A stretch of DNA of 64,000 nucleotides from Clostridiales bacterium Firm_18. GTDB lineage: Bacteria > Bacillota > Clostridia > Monoglobales > Firm-18. The stretch spans positions 11,180 to 75,179 of the forward strand of contig LVAX01000054.1 in NCBI GenBank assembly GCA_001604215.1, in the 5' to 3' direction. Under the pieces are notes generated by a model. That model did no database searches and was not told the DNA's origin. It saw nothing but the letters and a program-made list of their open reading frames with translations. Numbering within the stretch: the stretch's first letter is position 1; each line of letters begins with the position of its first letter. The translations under genes and the position numbers were made by a program. Positions 30,086 to 39,191 of the stretch are shown here, piece after piece.

Positions 30086-32569
30086 TTAAAACTGCCTTAA
30101 AACGGCTTTTTGTATTTGGGATACGGCTGTGGGAATAATACTAAGTATAGCAACCATAAACCATTGGAAGCCGGAAAGTGCCGCAACCTTGAAAACAGGG
30201 GCTGACCAGGGCAGTATAATGACGCCAAGCTGCATTATACTGCATATAATAAACGAGGCAACAAGGTATTTGTTTTTACCGATACCTGAAAACAACGGAG
30301 ATTTGCCGCTTTTTACGTTAAACGAATGAACAAGCTGGGACAAGCCAAGCACCGCAAACGCCATTGTCCTGCCGTATATCATGCCGTATTTAAATGCTCC
30401 GATGTAAAATGCTATTAAAGTAACAAAACCTATAAGGCATCCCTCTAAAAACAATGTCACTCCAAAACCGTCGGAAAAAATACCGCTTTTCGGATTTTTA
30501 GGCTTGCATTTCATCAGGCCATCGTCAATGTTGTCAATCCCCAGCGCTATTGCCGGCAGCGAATCGGTAACTAAGTTTATCCATAAAAGCTGGATTGCAA
30601 GAAGCGGGGATTGCGTGCCGAATAAAATTGCGGCAAAAATGGATATTATCTCTCCCACATTTGAAGAAAGCAAAAAATGTACGGATTTTCTTATATTTTC
30701 ATATATTCCCCTTCCCTGACGCACCGCCTCGACAATGGTTGCAAAGTTATCGTCCGCAAGAATCATATCGGACGCGCTTTTTGCAACCTCCGTCCCGTTT
30801 ATTCCCATTGCGCAGCCTATATTCGCCGCACGAAGGGCAGGGGCGTCGTTTACCCCGTCACCCGTCATTGCAACGACCGCACCCCTGCTTTGAAATATTT
30901 TTACAATACGCAGCTTATCCTCGGGTGTAATTCTTGCAAATACGGAATACTTAAAGATATCCCTTTCAAGTTGCCTTTGGCTTATTCCCGCAAGCTCAAA
31001 TCCGGATATTGCCAAATCGCCGCTGCGCATTATCCCCAGTTCTTTTGCTATTGCGCAGGCTGTATTTATGTGGTCCCCCGTCACCATTACTATCTTTATG
31101 CCCGCCTGCTTGCACATTTTTACCGCATGGGCGGCCTCCGGGCGCACGGGATCGGCGGCGCCTATCAGGCCTGCAAAAATTAAGCCTTCTTCCATGTTTC
31201 TGGGAATGCTCTTTACTTCGCGGTATGCCACCGCTATGACCCGGAGCGCATCCTGTGCCATATTATCGTTTTCGGCAATAATATCCTGCTTTTCTTTTTG
31301 TGTTAATACACACTTCTCAATTAAAATATCGGGTGCTCCCTTTGTGATAATCCTGTAACCGTCTTTGTATTTATGTACTATTGTCATCAGCTTTCGCTTG
31401 GAATCAAACGGTATTTCATGCACCCTGTCGTAATTTTCTATCCTGCCTGCTTTTTCCAATATTGCGCGCTCCGTCGGGTCGCTGCCGTTGCAGCAAATGG
31501 CCGCAAGCCTTACTGCTTGTCCGGTTTTGTCGCAGCTTACCCGCACAACCTTTATTTTGCTTTGGGTAAGCGTTCCCGTTTTGTCCGTGCATATTACGGA
31601 AGCGCTCCCGAGTGTTTCAACCGCCGGCAGCTTTCGTATAATCGCATTGCATTGCGAAAGCCGCTGAACACCGATAGCAAGGACAATCGTAACTATGGCC
31701 GGAAGCCCTTCCGGTATTGCCGCAACAGCAAGGCTTACCGACGTCATAAACATTTCAAATACGGCCATCTTTTGCAAAAAGCCCATTGCAAAAATCAAGG
31801 CGCATATAACAAGTGCACCTATCCCCAAAACTTTGCCTATTTGCGCCAGGCGTTCCTGCAGCGGAGTCATGCTTTCCTCGTCCGTCATTATCATTTTTGC
31901 TATTTCACCCACCTGCGTGTTCATTCCCGTTTCGGTAACAACCGCAACAGCCCGTCCGCTTACAACCAATGTTGACGCAAAAAGCATGTTTTTTTGCTCA
32001 GCCACATGAGAATCAAAAACAGGAGCGGCATCTTTGTCCTGCGGCATTGACTCCCCGGTAAGTGCGGATTCTTCTGTTTTTAAACCGCTTGATTCAATAA
32101 TTCTTGCGTCGGCAGGTATATAATCTCCCGTTTCCAACAACAAAATATCTCCGGGAACTATTTCTTCGCAATCAACAATTTTTGTCTCCCCGTCACGCCG
32201 GACCTTTGCCGCCGGAGGTGATAACTTTTTAAGTGCAAGTATAGCCTTTTCGGCTTTGCTTTCCTGAAGCACCCCAAGCGTGGCGTTTATTATTACAATA
32301 GCCAGTATAATTACCGGCTCCGCAAAATCCCTTTCCCCATGCAGCGATGATATTATAAAAGAAATAAACGAAGCCGCAATCAGCGTTATGACCATAAAAT
32401 CGCTAAGCTGTGAAATCAGCCTTTCAAAGAAAGTAATTTTTCTTTTCTCTTCTATTTTGTTTTTTCCGAATTTTTCGATTCGCTCCTCAAATTCGCTTTG
32501 GGAAAGCCCTCTTATGTTTGTTTTAAGCAGCTCGAGAACTGTTTTTATCTGTTTGTCATGCCATGTCAT
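30086..32569 (-). CDS. cation-transporting P-type ATPase, Ca2+ (P2A/PacL-YloB-like)
   Basis: DKTGTLT phosphorylation site (ICTDKTGTLTQ), PEGLPAIVTIVLA, MVTGDHINTA and GDGVNDAPAL. Start moved to ATG 32569 (MTWHDKQ), which follows AAAGGAGAG. Confidence 0.9.
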   Translation of the reverse strand: MTWHDKQIKTVLELLKTNIRGLSQSEFEERIEKFGKNKIEEKRKITFFERLISQLSDFMVITLIAASFISFIISSLHGERDFAEPVIILAIVIINATLGVLQESKAEKAILALKKLSPPAAKVRRDGETKIVDCEEIVPGDILLLETGDYIPADARIIESSGLKTEESALTGESMPQDKDAAPVFDSHVAEQKNMLFASTLVVSGRAVAVVTETGMNTQVGEIAKMIMTDEESMTPLQERLAQIGKVLGIGALVICALIFAMGFLQKMAVFEMFMTSVSLAVAAIPEGLPAIVTIVLAIGVQRLSQCNAIIRKLPAVETLGSASVICTDKTGTLTQSKIKVVRVSCDKTGQAVRLAAICCNGSDPTERAILEKAGRIENYDRVHEIPFDSKRKLMTIVHKYKDGYRIITKGAPDILIEKCVLTQKEKQDIIAENDNMAQDALRVIAVAYREVKSIPRNMEEGLIFAGLIGAADPVRPEAAHAVKMCKQAGIKIVMVTGDHINTACAIAKELGIMRSGDLAISGFELAGISQRQLERDIFKYSVFARITPEDKLRIVKIFQSRGAVVAMTGDGVNDAPALRAANIGCAMGINGTEVAKSASDMILADDNFATIVEAVRQGRGIYENIRKSVHFLLSSNVGEIISIFAAILFGTQSPLLAIQLLWINLVTDSLPAIALGIDNIDDGLMKCKPKNPKSGIFSDGFGVTLFLEGCLIGFVTLIAFYIGAFKYGMIYGRTMAFAVLGLSQLVHSFNVKSGKSPLFSGIGKNKYLVASFIICSIMQLGVIILPWSAPVFKVAALSGFQWFMVAILSIIPTAVSQIQKAVLRQF

Positions 32570-32728
32570 TTGAATTACCACTCTCCTTTTTATAATATTT
32601 ATGCTCCCTGTGTCTCGAATATGCACCGAATACTAAGAATAAAAACACCAAATTTGCGTTTGACTCTTTTTTGTTTAAGTGGTATAATACAAAAAAATCT
32701 ATCCGGGTACCTGCTTGGAGGGATAATA

Positions 32729-33481
32729 ATGCAAAAGTTGTTTTTATACTTTATCATTTACAGCTTTTTGGGATGGGCTATTGAATCCGCATATGTCTCC
32801 GTATTGCAGCGCAGGTTAATAAACAGAGGGTTTTTAAACGGCCCGCTCTGCCCGATATACGGGACCGGGGCGATGCTGATTACAATTATTCTCGGCAGGT
32901 TTACCGATGTGCCTACCGTATTTGTTTTTGGGATTGCCATAACCACTGTTTTGGAATACATTGTCGGATTTTTGCTCGAAAAGCTGTTTTCTGCCCGCTG
33001 GTGGGATTATTCTTCGCACAGGTTTAACATAAACGGAAGAGTTTCGCTGCTAAGCTCCTTTTACTGGGGACTATTGTGCATAGCGCTTGTTTTTTTCATA
33101 CATCCGTTAATGGAGCGGCTGGTATCACATATACCTGCCCGCGTGGGGCTTGTTGTTTCATGGATAATGTTTGCATTGATAGCTGTTGATTTGGTTATTA
33201 CCGTTCCTTCGGTTATAACGCTGAACATCAGGTTGAAAAAGCTGCATAACCTTTATGAGGACCTACAGGAAAAGCTGAAAATGCTTCCCGCAATAAATGA
33301 AAAAATAAATGATTTAAAAGAAAAATACAACGAAATTATCAGCAAAAGGAATTTATTCCATATTCGCATAATCACCGCATTTCCGTCACTTCGTTCAATA
33401 AAATTTGACAACGCGCTTACCCAGCTGAAAAATAAAATTATAAGAAAGAATAATAATAAAAGTAAGAAAATTAAGGAGTAA
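32729..33481 (+). CDS. polytopic membrane protein (putative ABC-transporter type IV / CmpB-like family) with a Lys-rich coiled C-terminus
   Basis: Start moved to ATG 32729 after GGAGGG (MQKLFLYFIIYSFLGWAIESAYV). Motif YSFLGW..E, then several TM segments. Confidence 0.75.
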   Translation: MQKLFLYFIIYSFLGWAIESAYVSVLQRRLINRGFLNGPLCPIYGTGAMLITIILGRFTDVPTVFVFGIAITTVLEYIVGFLLEKLFSARWWDYSSHRFNINGRVSLLSSFYWGLLCIALVFFIHPLMERLVSHIPARVGLVVSWIMFALIAVDLVITVPSVITLNIRLKKLHNLYEDLQEKLKMLPAINEKINDLKEKYNEIISKRNLFHIRIITAFPSLRSIKFDNALTQLKNKIIRKNNNKSKKIKE

Positions 33482-33485
33482 GCCA

Positions 33486-33998
33486 ATGAGATTAGCAAAG
33501 GAATATTATAAAAGACATGCAACCGAACTTGCACCCGATTTGCTTGGCAAGCTTTTATGCCGGAAAATAGGGGATAATCTTTTAAAATACCGTATTACCG
33601 AAACGGAATGCTACTTCGGGGAAGATGACACCGCATGCCATGCACACAAGGGCAAAACAAACAGAACGCGCATTTTGTACGAAGAAGGCGGTATTGCCTA
33701 TGTATATCTTTGCTATGGCATACACAACCTGCTTAATATAGTTACCGGTGAAGCAGGCTTTCCCGAGGCTGTCCTTATCCGGGGCGCGGAAGGATTCAGC
33801 GGGCCGGGAAAACTTACGAAGCAAATGAAAATCGACAGGAGCTTTAACGGGGAATCTCTTATATTATCCGATAAATTATGGGTTGAAGACGACGGCTTCA
33901 AGCCGGAATTCAAAGCGGCCAGGCGTGTCGGTATAGATTACGCTACCGAGAAATATAAAAACATACTATGGAGATTTATTTTAACCGGCTCAAAATAA
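33486..33998 (+). CDS. DNA-3-methyladenine glycosylase (Mpg/AAG family)
   Basis: ITETECYFGEDDTACHAHKGKTNRTRILYEEGGIAYVYLCYGIHNLLNIV matches the AAG-family core. Confidence 0.85.
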   Translation: MRLAKEYYKRHATELAPDLLGKLLCRKIGDNLLKYRITETECYFGEDDTACHAHKGKTNRTRILYEEGGIAYVYLCYGIHNLLNIVTGEAGFPEAVLIRGAEGFSGPGKLTKQMKIDRSFNGESLILSDKLWVEDDGFKPEFKAARRVGIDYATEKYKNILWRFILTGSK

Positions 33999-34030
33999 GC
34001 AAAATTTACATTATAAAGCAGGTGCCAAGT

Positions 34031-34468
34031 ATGATAATAGTTTTACAAAGGGTAAGCCGGGCAAGCGTTGCCGTCGGCGGCAAAGTTGTAGGTGATATCA
34101 AAAGGGGTTATGTAGTGCTTGTGGGCATAAGTGACAAAGATAATTATGAAGATGCCCGAAAGCTTGCCGAAAAAATAGCAAAACTACGAATTTTTCCCGA
34201 CGAAAATGGGAAAATAAATTTGTCGGCAGGGGATGTGTGCGGCGAACTTTTGGCCGTGTCGCAGTTTACCCTGTATGCCGATTGTAAAAAGGGCAACCGT
34301 CCGAGCTTTATAAACGCGGGAAATCCCGTCCATGCAAAAGAATTATTTGATTTTTTCGTATTAGAGTGCGAAAAACATTTCAGCAAAGTAGCAAAGGGAA
34401 TATTCGGGGAAAATATGGCTGTAGAGCTTGTAAATGACGGGCCCTTTACACTTGTTATCGAAAGTTAA
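34031..34468 (+). CDS. dtd: D-aminoacyl-tRNA deacylase
   Basis: Start moved to ATG 34031 (MIIVLQRVSRASV...). SQFTLYAD...GNRPSF motif. 145 aa. Confidence 0.9.
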   Translation: MIIVLQRVSRASVAVGGKVVGDIKRGYVVLVGISDKDNYEDARKLAEKIAKLRIFPDENGKINLSAGDVCGELLAVSQFTLYADCKKGNRPSFINAGNPVHAKELFDFFVLECEKHFSKVAKGIFGENMAVELVNDGPFTLVIES

Positions 34469-34501
34469 ATACACTATGATTATTGATGCTTAATTTCCGG
34501 G

Positions 34502-36187
34502 GTGATTGCACTGAAAAATAAAATTATTGCCGCTGCTTTGTCTCTTGCCATAATTTCCGCGCCGAGCATGTATATCCTGTATAAATCCAGCAGCCCGGCA
34601 GCCGCTACGGCAAAATCATATATAAAGCATTTAATAAACAAAGCATCTCTTCCTCCCCTTTTAAACGATAAAAAAGGCCTGGGGACAATTCTAAACAAAA
34701 CATCGCCGCAGAAAGATAAAATAATATATGAAACGGACAGCGTCAAACGGTTTGTAAACCAGGCGGAAGGCTTTTATTTTGATGTGCCCAAAAATTTTGA
34801 ATTGTTGACCGACAGGCCCTACGCCTCGGCCGAAAGCAGCGAAGGCAAGATAGTTGTTTCGAGAGAATGGGTGTTCGAAAACAACGCGGACGAATATATT
34901 GCCTATTACCTGAATAGATTTATTTTAAACCCCGAGTTTCAAAAAGAAAATAATATAACACTGACGGAAAACAAAAGCAAAGGCAGCATGCAAACAATCA
35001 GTGCTGTTATTAACGACCTTCCGGACGATAAGTTCGACAAGTACACATATGTATTCATTAAAACAAGAACGCCGAACTTTTACCGGTTAATGTTTAAATA
35101 CAAATCGGACAACACGGAGTTTGAAAGCTGTATAGAAGAAGTAATCAGCTCCTTTCAATATTTTTCGCCGAGCGGGAAAACCTCCGCTCCGACAGGCTTT
35201 GAACCGGTGATACCCGCCCAGTGGACGAAAGAAACAACCGGTCTGTATAAAAAAATACAAAACACCGACAGCCTGTATTGGGGGATTTTCACTCAGGACA
35301 TATTCGATATGGGGATTAAAAAAACTATTCCCGCGCTGGAAAAAAAGCTTGATTATAAATTCCCTGTCATCCTTTGTTATTTGCAATTAGGCAGTGAATT
35401 CCCCCTTGAATTTATGAACAAAAACTACAGGGAAAACAGGCTTGCAGAGCTTACGCTTCAAACAACATTTTCAAATAACGAGCGGCTTTTCGGCTATACC
35501 CCCTTTCTGGATATATACAGGGGAAAAAAAGACGAACAGATACGCACTTTTGCGCGCAAGGCAAAAGAATTCGGCCGCCCGTTTTTATTCAGGCTCAACA
35601 ACGAACCCAACTCCGACTGGACAAGTTATTCGGCGGTTGTTGCAATGAGCGATCCGGACATATATGTGGATAATTGGAGAAGGTTTTACCGTATCTTTAA
35701 AGAAGAAGGGGTTAACAATGCAATCTGGATTTTCAATCCCAACGACCGAAGCTACCCGCCCTGCAACTGGAACGATTTTACCGCCTTTTATCCCGGCAAT
35801 GAGTACGTTCATTTTATCGGAATAACGGGATATAACAACGGGACTTATTATAAAAACGAAAAATGGAGAGAGTTCGATGCCATATACGGTGACATAAGCC
35901 GCAGGTACCTGCCCGTTTTCGAAAAATTCCCGTGGATTATTACGGAGTTTTCTTCAAGCTCCATCGGCGGGGATAAAGCCCTTTGGATAAGGAACATGTT
36001 TAAAAACCTGCACAAATATCCTAATATAAAAATTGCGGTTTGGTTTTCGTACGCCGACTTTGAAATTAATACCGATGAAGAAAAAAAAGTTTCCCGCCCA
36101 TATTGGCTTGATGAAACCGAAGAAACGCTGAATGAGTTTAAAAAAGGGCTGCAAAAATATAACGCAGGCCCCTTATTTAACCATTGA
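34502..36187 (+). CDS. membrane-anchored GH26-like (clan GH-A) glycoside hydrolase
   Basis: GTG start with an N-terminal TM segment. FLFRLNNEPNSDW (acid/base Glu), FYPGNEYVHFIGITGYNNG and WIITEFSSS (nucleophile Glu) resemble GH26 signatures. Family assignment is tentative. Confidence 0.7.
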   Translation: MIALKNKIIAAALSLAIISAPSMYILYKSSSPAAATAKSYIKHLINKASLPPLLNDKKGLGTILNKTSPQKDKIIYETDSVKRFVNQAEGFYFDVPKNFELLTDRPYASAESSEGKIVVSREWVFENNADEYIAYYLNRFILNPEFQKENNITLTENKSKGSMQTISAVINDLPDDKFDKYTYVFIKTRTPNFYRLMFKYKSDNTEFESCIEEVISSFQYFSPSGKTSAPTGFEPVIPAQWTKETTGLYKKIQNTDSLYWGIFTQDIFDMGIKKTIPALEKKLDYKFPVILCYLQLGSEFPLEFMNKNYRENRLAELTLQTTFSNNERLFGYTPFLDIYRGKKDEQIRTFARKAKEFGRPFLFRLNNEPNSDWTSYSAVVAMSDPDIYVDNWRRFYRIFKEEGVNNAIWIFNPNDRSYPPCNWNDFTAFYPGNEYVHFIGITGYNNGTYYKNEKWREFDAIYGDISRRYLPVFEKFPWIITEFSSSSIGGDKALWIRNMFKNLHKYPNIKIAVWFSYADFEINTDEEKKVSRPYWLDETEETLNEFKKGLQKYNAGPLFNH

Positions 36188-36212
36188 AAAATTCATTGGT
36201 ATAAAATATAAT
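36184..36212 (+). promoter_or_regulatory. sigma-A promoter driving the leader element and the 36388 gene
   Basis: TTGAAA (36184-36189), exactly 17 nt, TATAAT (36207-36212). The -35 overlaps the stop codon of the GH26-like gene. Confidence 0.65.
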
Positions 36213-36228
36213 ATAGGTGTAAATAAAT

Positions 36229-36341
36229 TAAAGCGTTCGGGCGCGTAGCGCTTTCCCGAACGCAACCGCTCGCCGCGCGAGCGTAAGCGAAGGCGGATTC
36301 ATTCCGCCGGAGCGCGAAATTGCGCGTATTTTGCGCAATTT
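36229..36341 (+). repeat. 113-nt GC-rich multi-hairpin element, copy A (candidate cis-regulatory leader RNA)
   Basis: 105/113 nt are identical to 61739-61851 in the same orientation. Four paper-folded hairpins. It sits between the promoter and the RBS of the downstream gene. Confidence 0.8.
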
Positions 36342-36387
36342 TGCATAAAAATAAAAAAAAAGACTTCTCGTAAGGAGTAAATGCGCC

Positions 36388-38424
36388 ATGACCAAAAAAA
36401 CAATATCCTTTGCAATTGTTTTTATATTATCGTTTAATATGGCTTTGGCAAGTGCAAATGTTATATATGATAATGTGTCCGAAACAGTAATTACAAAAGG
36501 GGTAACCGAAAAGTACATACACAGGTTTTCTTCAAACGGCTGGCAGCGAATATATACCCTGAAAATCGATCTTAACGAAAATTTCCTTTCTCTGAAAACA
36601 CTCACATCCAAAAAAGGGATAAATACCAGGGAAAATGTATTGGAGCTTGCAAACCAATGGAACGCTCTTGCGGCCGTAAATGCGGACTTTTTCCAGCCGT
36701 CCGGGAGCAATCCTTCGCGCGCCAGCGCCATCGGCGCGGTGGTTGACGACGGACATTTGCTTACAACCCCCGCAAGGGGAAAACAAATGGCAACGGTGGC
36801 AATGGATTATAATAATATCGTTTCTATGGGGATATGGGACCAATACATAAAAATAGTATTGCCGGACGGACAGGAAAAGCAGATTTTCCACATCAACAAA
36901 TATTATGACGACGGAGCCCTTGTTATATTCAACAGCGACTGGGACGAATATTCACCGGGAGCACCTATCGCCCCTATTGAAATGGTTGTCGAAAACGACA
37001 CCGTAACGGATATCAGAGTATGGCAGGAAGGGGTTAAGTTCCCGGAAAACAGTTACGTTATTGCTTCCACTACGGCCGATGACACTTTTTTAACGGATAA
37101 CTTCGAAATCGGAGATACAGTAAACATTGTAAGCTGGTTTGAGCCGAACCCCGAAAAGTACAAAATGGCGGTAGGCGCAGGCACAATGCTGCTGAAAGAC
37201 GGTAACGACGCACCCGTAACACACAACATATCGGGGATTCAGCCCCGGACCGCCATGGGTACCGACAGGACGGGAAAAACAGTATATCTTGTGACGGTTG
37301 ACGGCCGCCAAAGCGCAAGTGCGGGAATGTCCCTTGGCGAACTTAGAAATTACATGCGTGAAATCGGGTGCTATAATGCCGTAAATTTTGACGGCGGGGG
37401 CTCCACTACATTTGTGTCAAAGCACCCGCAGGAAAGCCAAGCAACACTGAAAAACGTAGTTTCGGACGGCGCAATGCGAAAAGTGGCAAACGCGGTAGGA
37501 ATTGTTTCGGATTCTCCTGTCGGCGCCCCTGCTATACTTGATATTACCGGGCAGGATAAAGGCATATATGCCAAATCGGCGTGTGAATTCAGCGTTAAAG
37601 TATATGACGAATATTACCACAGTTTAAATGTCCCGATGGATGAAATCAAACTCAGCCTGGACGGCATCGAAGGGTATTTCGCGGGAAATGTGCTTTACCC
37701 TCTTTCCTCGGGCTATGCGACCATAACGGCGGAGTATAAGTCTTTAAAGACATCGGTTCATAAATTTGTAAGGCCTCCTCTTCAAACTCCCGATACGGAT
37801 ATAATGAGGCAGCCGGAAAATGCCGAAACCCAGGGGACAAAAATTGCGGTCTTGGGCAGCACCGAATATAAAACAATATTGGGAAAGCTGTACGCGTTAA
37901 GGGCCGTGTCAAAGGCAAATTCCCAGGCCGACGCCATAGCAATTGCGGGCAAAGCCGCCGGAAGCATTGTAAGCAAAGCCGGTATCCCGGCAGTTTACGG
38001 GGAATATTATTATGCCGCTTACAAGAAAAACAATATAATAATCCAGCTTGACAACTCAAAGGGCGGCCTTTTAAAATCGGATCCCAACCAATGGAGCAGG
38101 TTCTTATCCCAATTAGACGATATTCCGGTAAAAAACGTTATCATAACGCTTTCAAGCCCCCTCGATTCATTTAACGACAAGCATGAGCTTAATCTGTTTA
38201 AGCAAATTTTAGAGGAAAAGCTTGTTGAAAAAAACAAAAACGTATTTGTCGTATACGACAGTACGGAAAATACCGTCAACATAGAAAACGGGATAAGATA
38301 TTTCGGGCTTAAAGGAATCAAGGATGTAAAGTCGACTAACTTTACATCCTTGAAGGAATGTTGCTATTTGCTTATTACATCCGACGGTGATGATGTTTCG
38401 TACCAGATAAAAACGATTTTATAA
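36388..38424 (+). CDS. secreted phosphodiester glycosidase (DUF2233/NAGPA-like) family protein, 678 aa
   Basis: Signal peptide MTKKTISFAIVFILSFNMALASA. AVNADFF...RTAMGTDRTGKTVYLVTVDGRQSASAGMSLGELRNYMREIGCYNAVNFDGGGSTTF is the family core. Confidence 0.85.
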   Translation: MTKKTISFAIVFILSFNMALASANVIYDNVSETVITKGVTEKYIHRFSSNGWQRIYTLKIDLNENFLSLKTLTSKKGINTRENVLELANQWNALAAVNADFFQPSGSNPSRASAIGAVVDDGHLLTTPARGKQMATVAMDYNNIVSMGIWDQYIKIVLPDGQEKQIFHINKYYDDGALVIFNSDWDEYSPGAPIAPIEMVVENDTVTDIRVWQEGVKFPENSYVIASTTADDTFLTDNFEIGDTVNIVSWFEPNPEKYKMAVGAGTMLLKDGNDAPVTHNISGIQPRTAMGTDRTGKTVYLVTVDGRQSASAGMSLGELRNYMREIGCYNAVNFDGGGSTTFVSKHPQESQATLKNVVSDGAMRKVANAVGIVSDSPVGAPAILDITGQDKGIYAKSACEFSVKVYDEYYHSLNVPMDEIKLSLDGIEGYFAGNVLYPLSSGYATITAEYKSLKTSVHKFVRPPLQTPDTDIMRQPENAETQGTKIAVLGSTEYKTILGKLYALRAVSKANSQADAIAIAGKAAGSIVSKAGIPAVYGEYYYAAYKKNNIIIQLDNSKGGLLKSDPNQWSRFLSQLDDIPVKNVIITLSSPLDSFNDKHELNLFKQILEEKLVEKNKNVFVVYDSTENTVNIENGIRYFGLKGIKDVKSTNFTSLKECCYLLITSDGDDVSYQIKTIL

Positions 38425-38426
38425 TT

Positions 38427-39191
38427 TTATGCCTTTGGGCCGGAATCGGCATTAATCAACAGCTTTAACCCTTCTATCGCAGTTTTTATTGCATTATGTG
38501 TATCATGACAGTGCGGGTTCGAAAGCCCCAGCGCTTCCCTTTCCTGGTTCCATACAACCGACAAAACGGCGCCGCTTGCAGCTTTAAGAACGGACGAAAC
38601 TGCAAACAAAGCGGCGCATTCCATTTCGGATGCCAGGCAGCCTGCTTTAATCCAGGCCTTCCAGTTTTCTATCAGCCGGTACCCGACAGGCATTCTTTCC
38701 GGGCTGTGCTGCCCGTAAAAAGAATCCTTGCTCTGTACCACACCTACATGGTAGTTAATATTTTCATTTTCTGCCGCCTGAACCAAACAGCTTGTTACGT
38801 TAAAATCCGCAACCGCCGGGTATTCGGCCGGGATATATTCCTTTGACGTGCCTTCCGCACGGACTGCCCCGGTAGCAATGATTATATCCGAGGCTATAAT
38901 ATCCGTTTGCATCGCCCCGCATGTGCCAACCCTGATAAACGTTCTGACGCCTGCTTTATAAAGCTCCTCCACCGCTATCGCGGTTGACGGGCCGCCTATA
39001 CCGGTTGATGTTACCAATACTTTTTCCCCGCACAATTCTCCGCAATAAGTAGTGTACTCCCTTTTCCTGCCCATGAACCGGGGATTATCCAAATAACCGG
39101 CTATTATTTCCACCCTGTCAGAATCCCCGGGTAGAATCGCATATTTTATGCCCAGATTTTCATCAAGGCATATATGGTAAAGCTCACCCAT
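38427..39191 (-). CDS. udp: uridine phosphorylase
   Basis: GDSDRVEIIAGYL...VTSTGIGGPSTAIAVEEL...TFIRVGTCGA...EMECAALF closely parallels the Udp pattern. Confidence 0.85.
   Translation of the reverse strand: MGELYHICLDENLGIKYAILPGDSDRVEIIAGYLDNPRFMGRKREYTTYCGELCGEKVLVTSTGIGGPSTAIAVEELYKAGVRTFIRVGTCGAMQTDIIASDIIIATGAVRAEGTSKEYIPAEYPAVADFNVTSCLVQAAENENINYHVGVVQSKDSFYGQHSPERMPVGYRLIENWKAWIKAGCLASEMECAALFAVSSVLKAASGAVLSVVWNQEREALGLSNPHCHDTHNAIKTAIEGLKLLINADSGPKA

Noticed and set aside
36229-36263. On the minus strand, H1 of the repeat is followed by TTTAATTTATTT (copy A) or TTTATTTCTG (copy B). It looks like an intrinsic terminator, so the element could be a minus-strand sRNA or terminator.
   Set aside because: No minus-strand gene ends there in either copy. 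No conserved promoter lies on the other side of the block, because the flanks diverge immediately. I keep it as an alternative to be settled by strand-specific RNA-seq, not as the preferred reading.
36229-36341. Assignment of the repeat to a known riboswitch class: c-di-GMP-I/II, c-di-AMP ydaO, ZTP or guanidine.
   Set aside because: A few short words (CCCGAAC, CGUAAGCG, CCGCCGG) resemble fragments of ydaO or ZTP consensus as I remember them. The defining conserved cores and overall architecture are not present, and the element is too short for ydaO. The question cannot be settled without cmscan.
36228-36731. 167-aa minus-strand ORF. Together with the 66-aa ORF at 61723-61923, it shares the peptide KLRKIRAISRSGGMNPP...FGKALRARTL.
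   Set aside because: The shared peptide is just the translation of the repeated 113-nt element. Similarity stops exactly at the element borders. The 167-aa ORF is antisense to the well-supported 36388 gene. The substitutions between copies preserve base pairs rather than following a codon pattern. I interpret it as non-coding.
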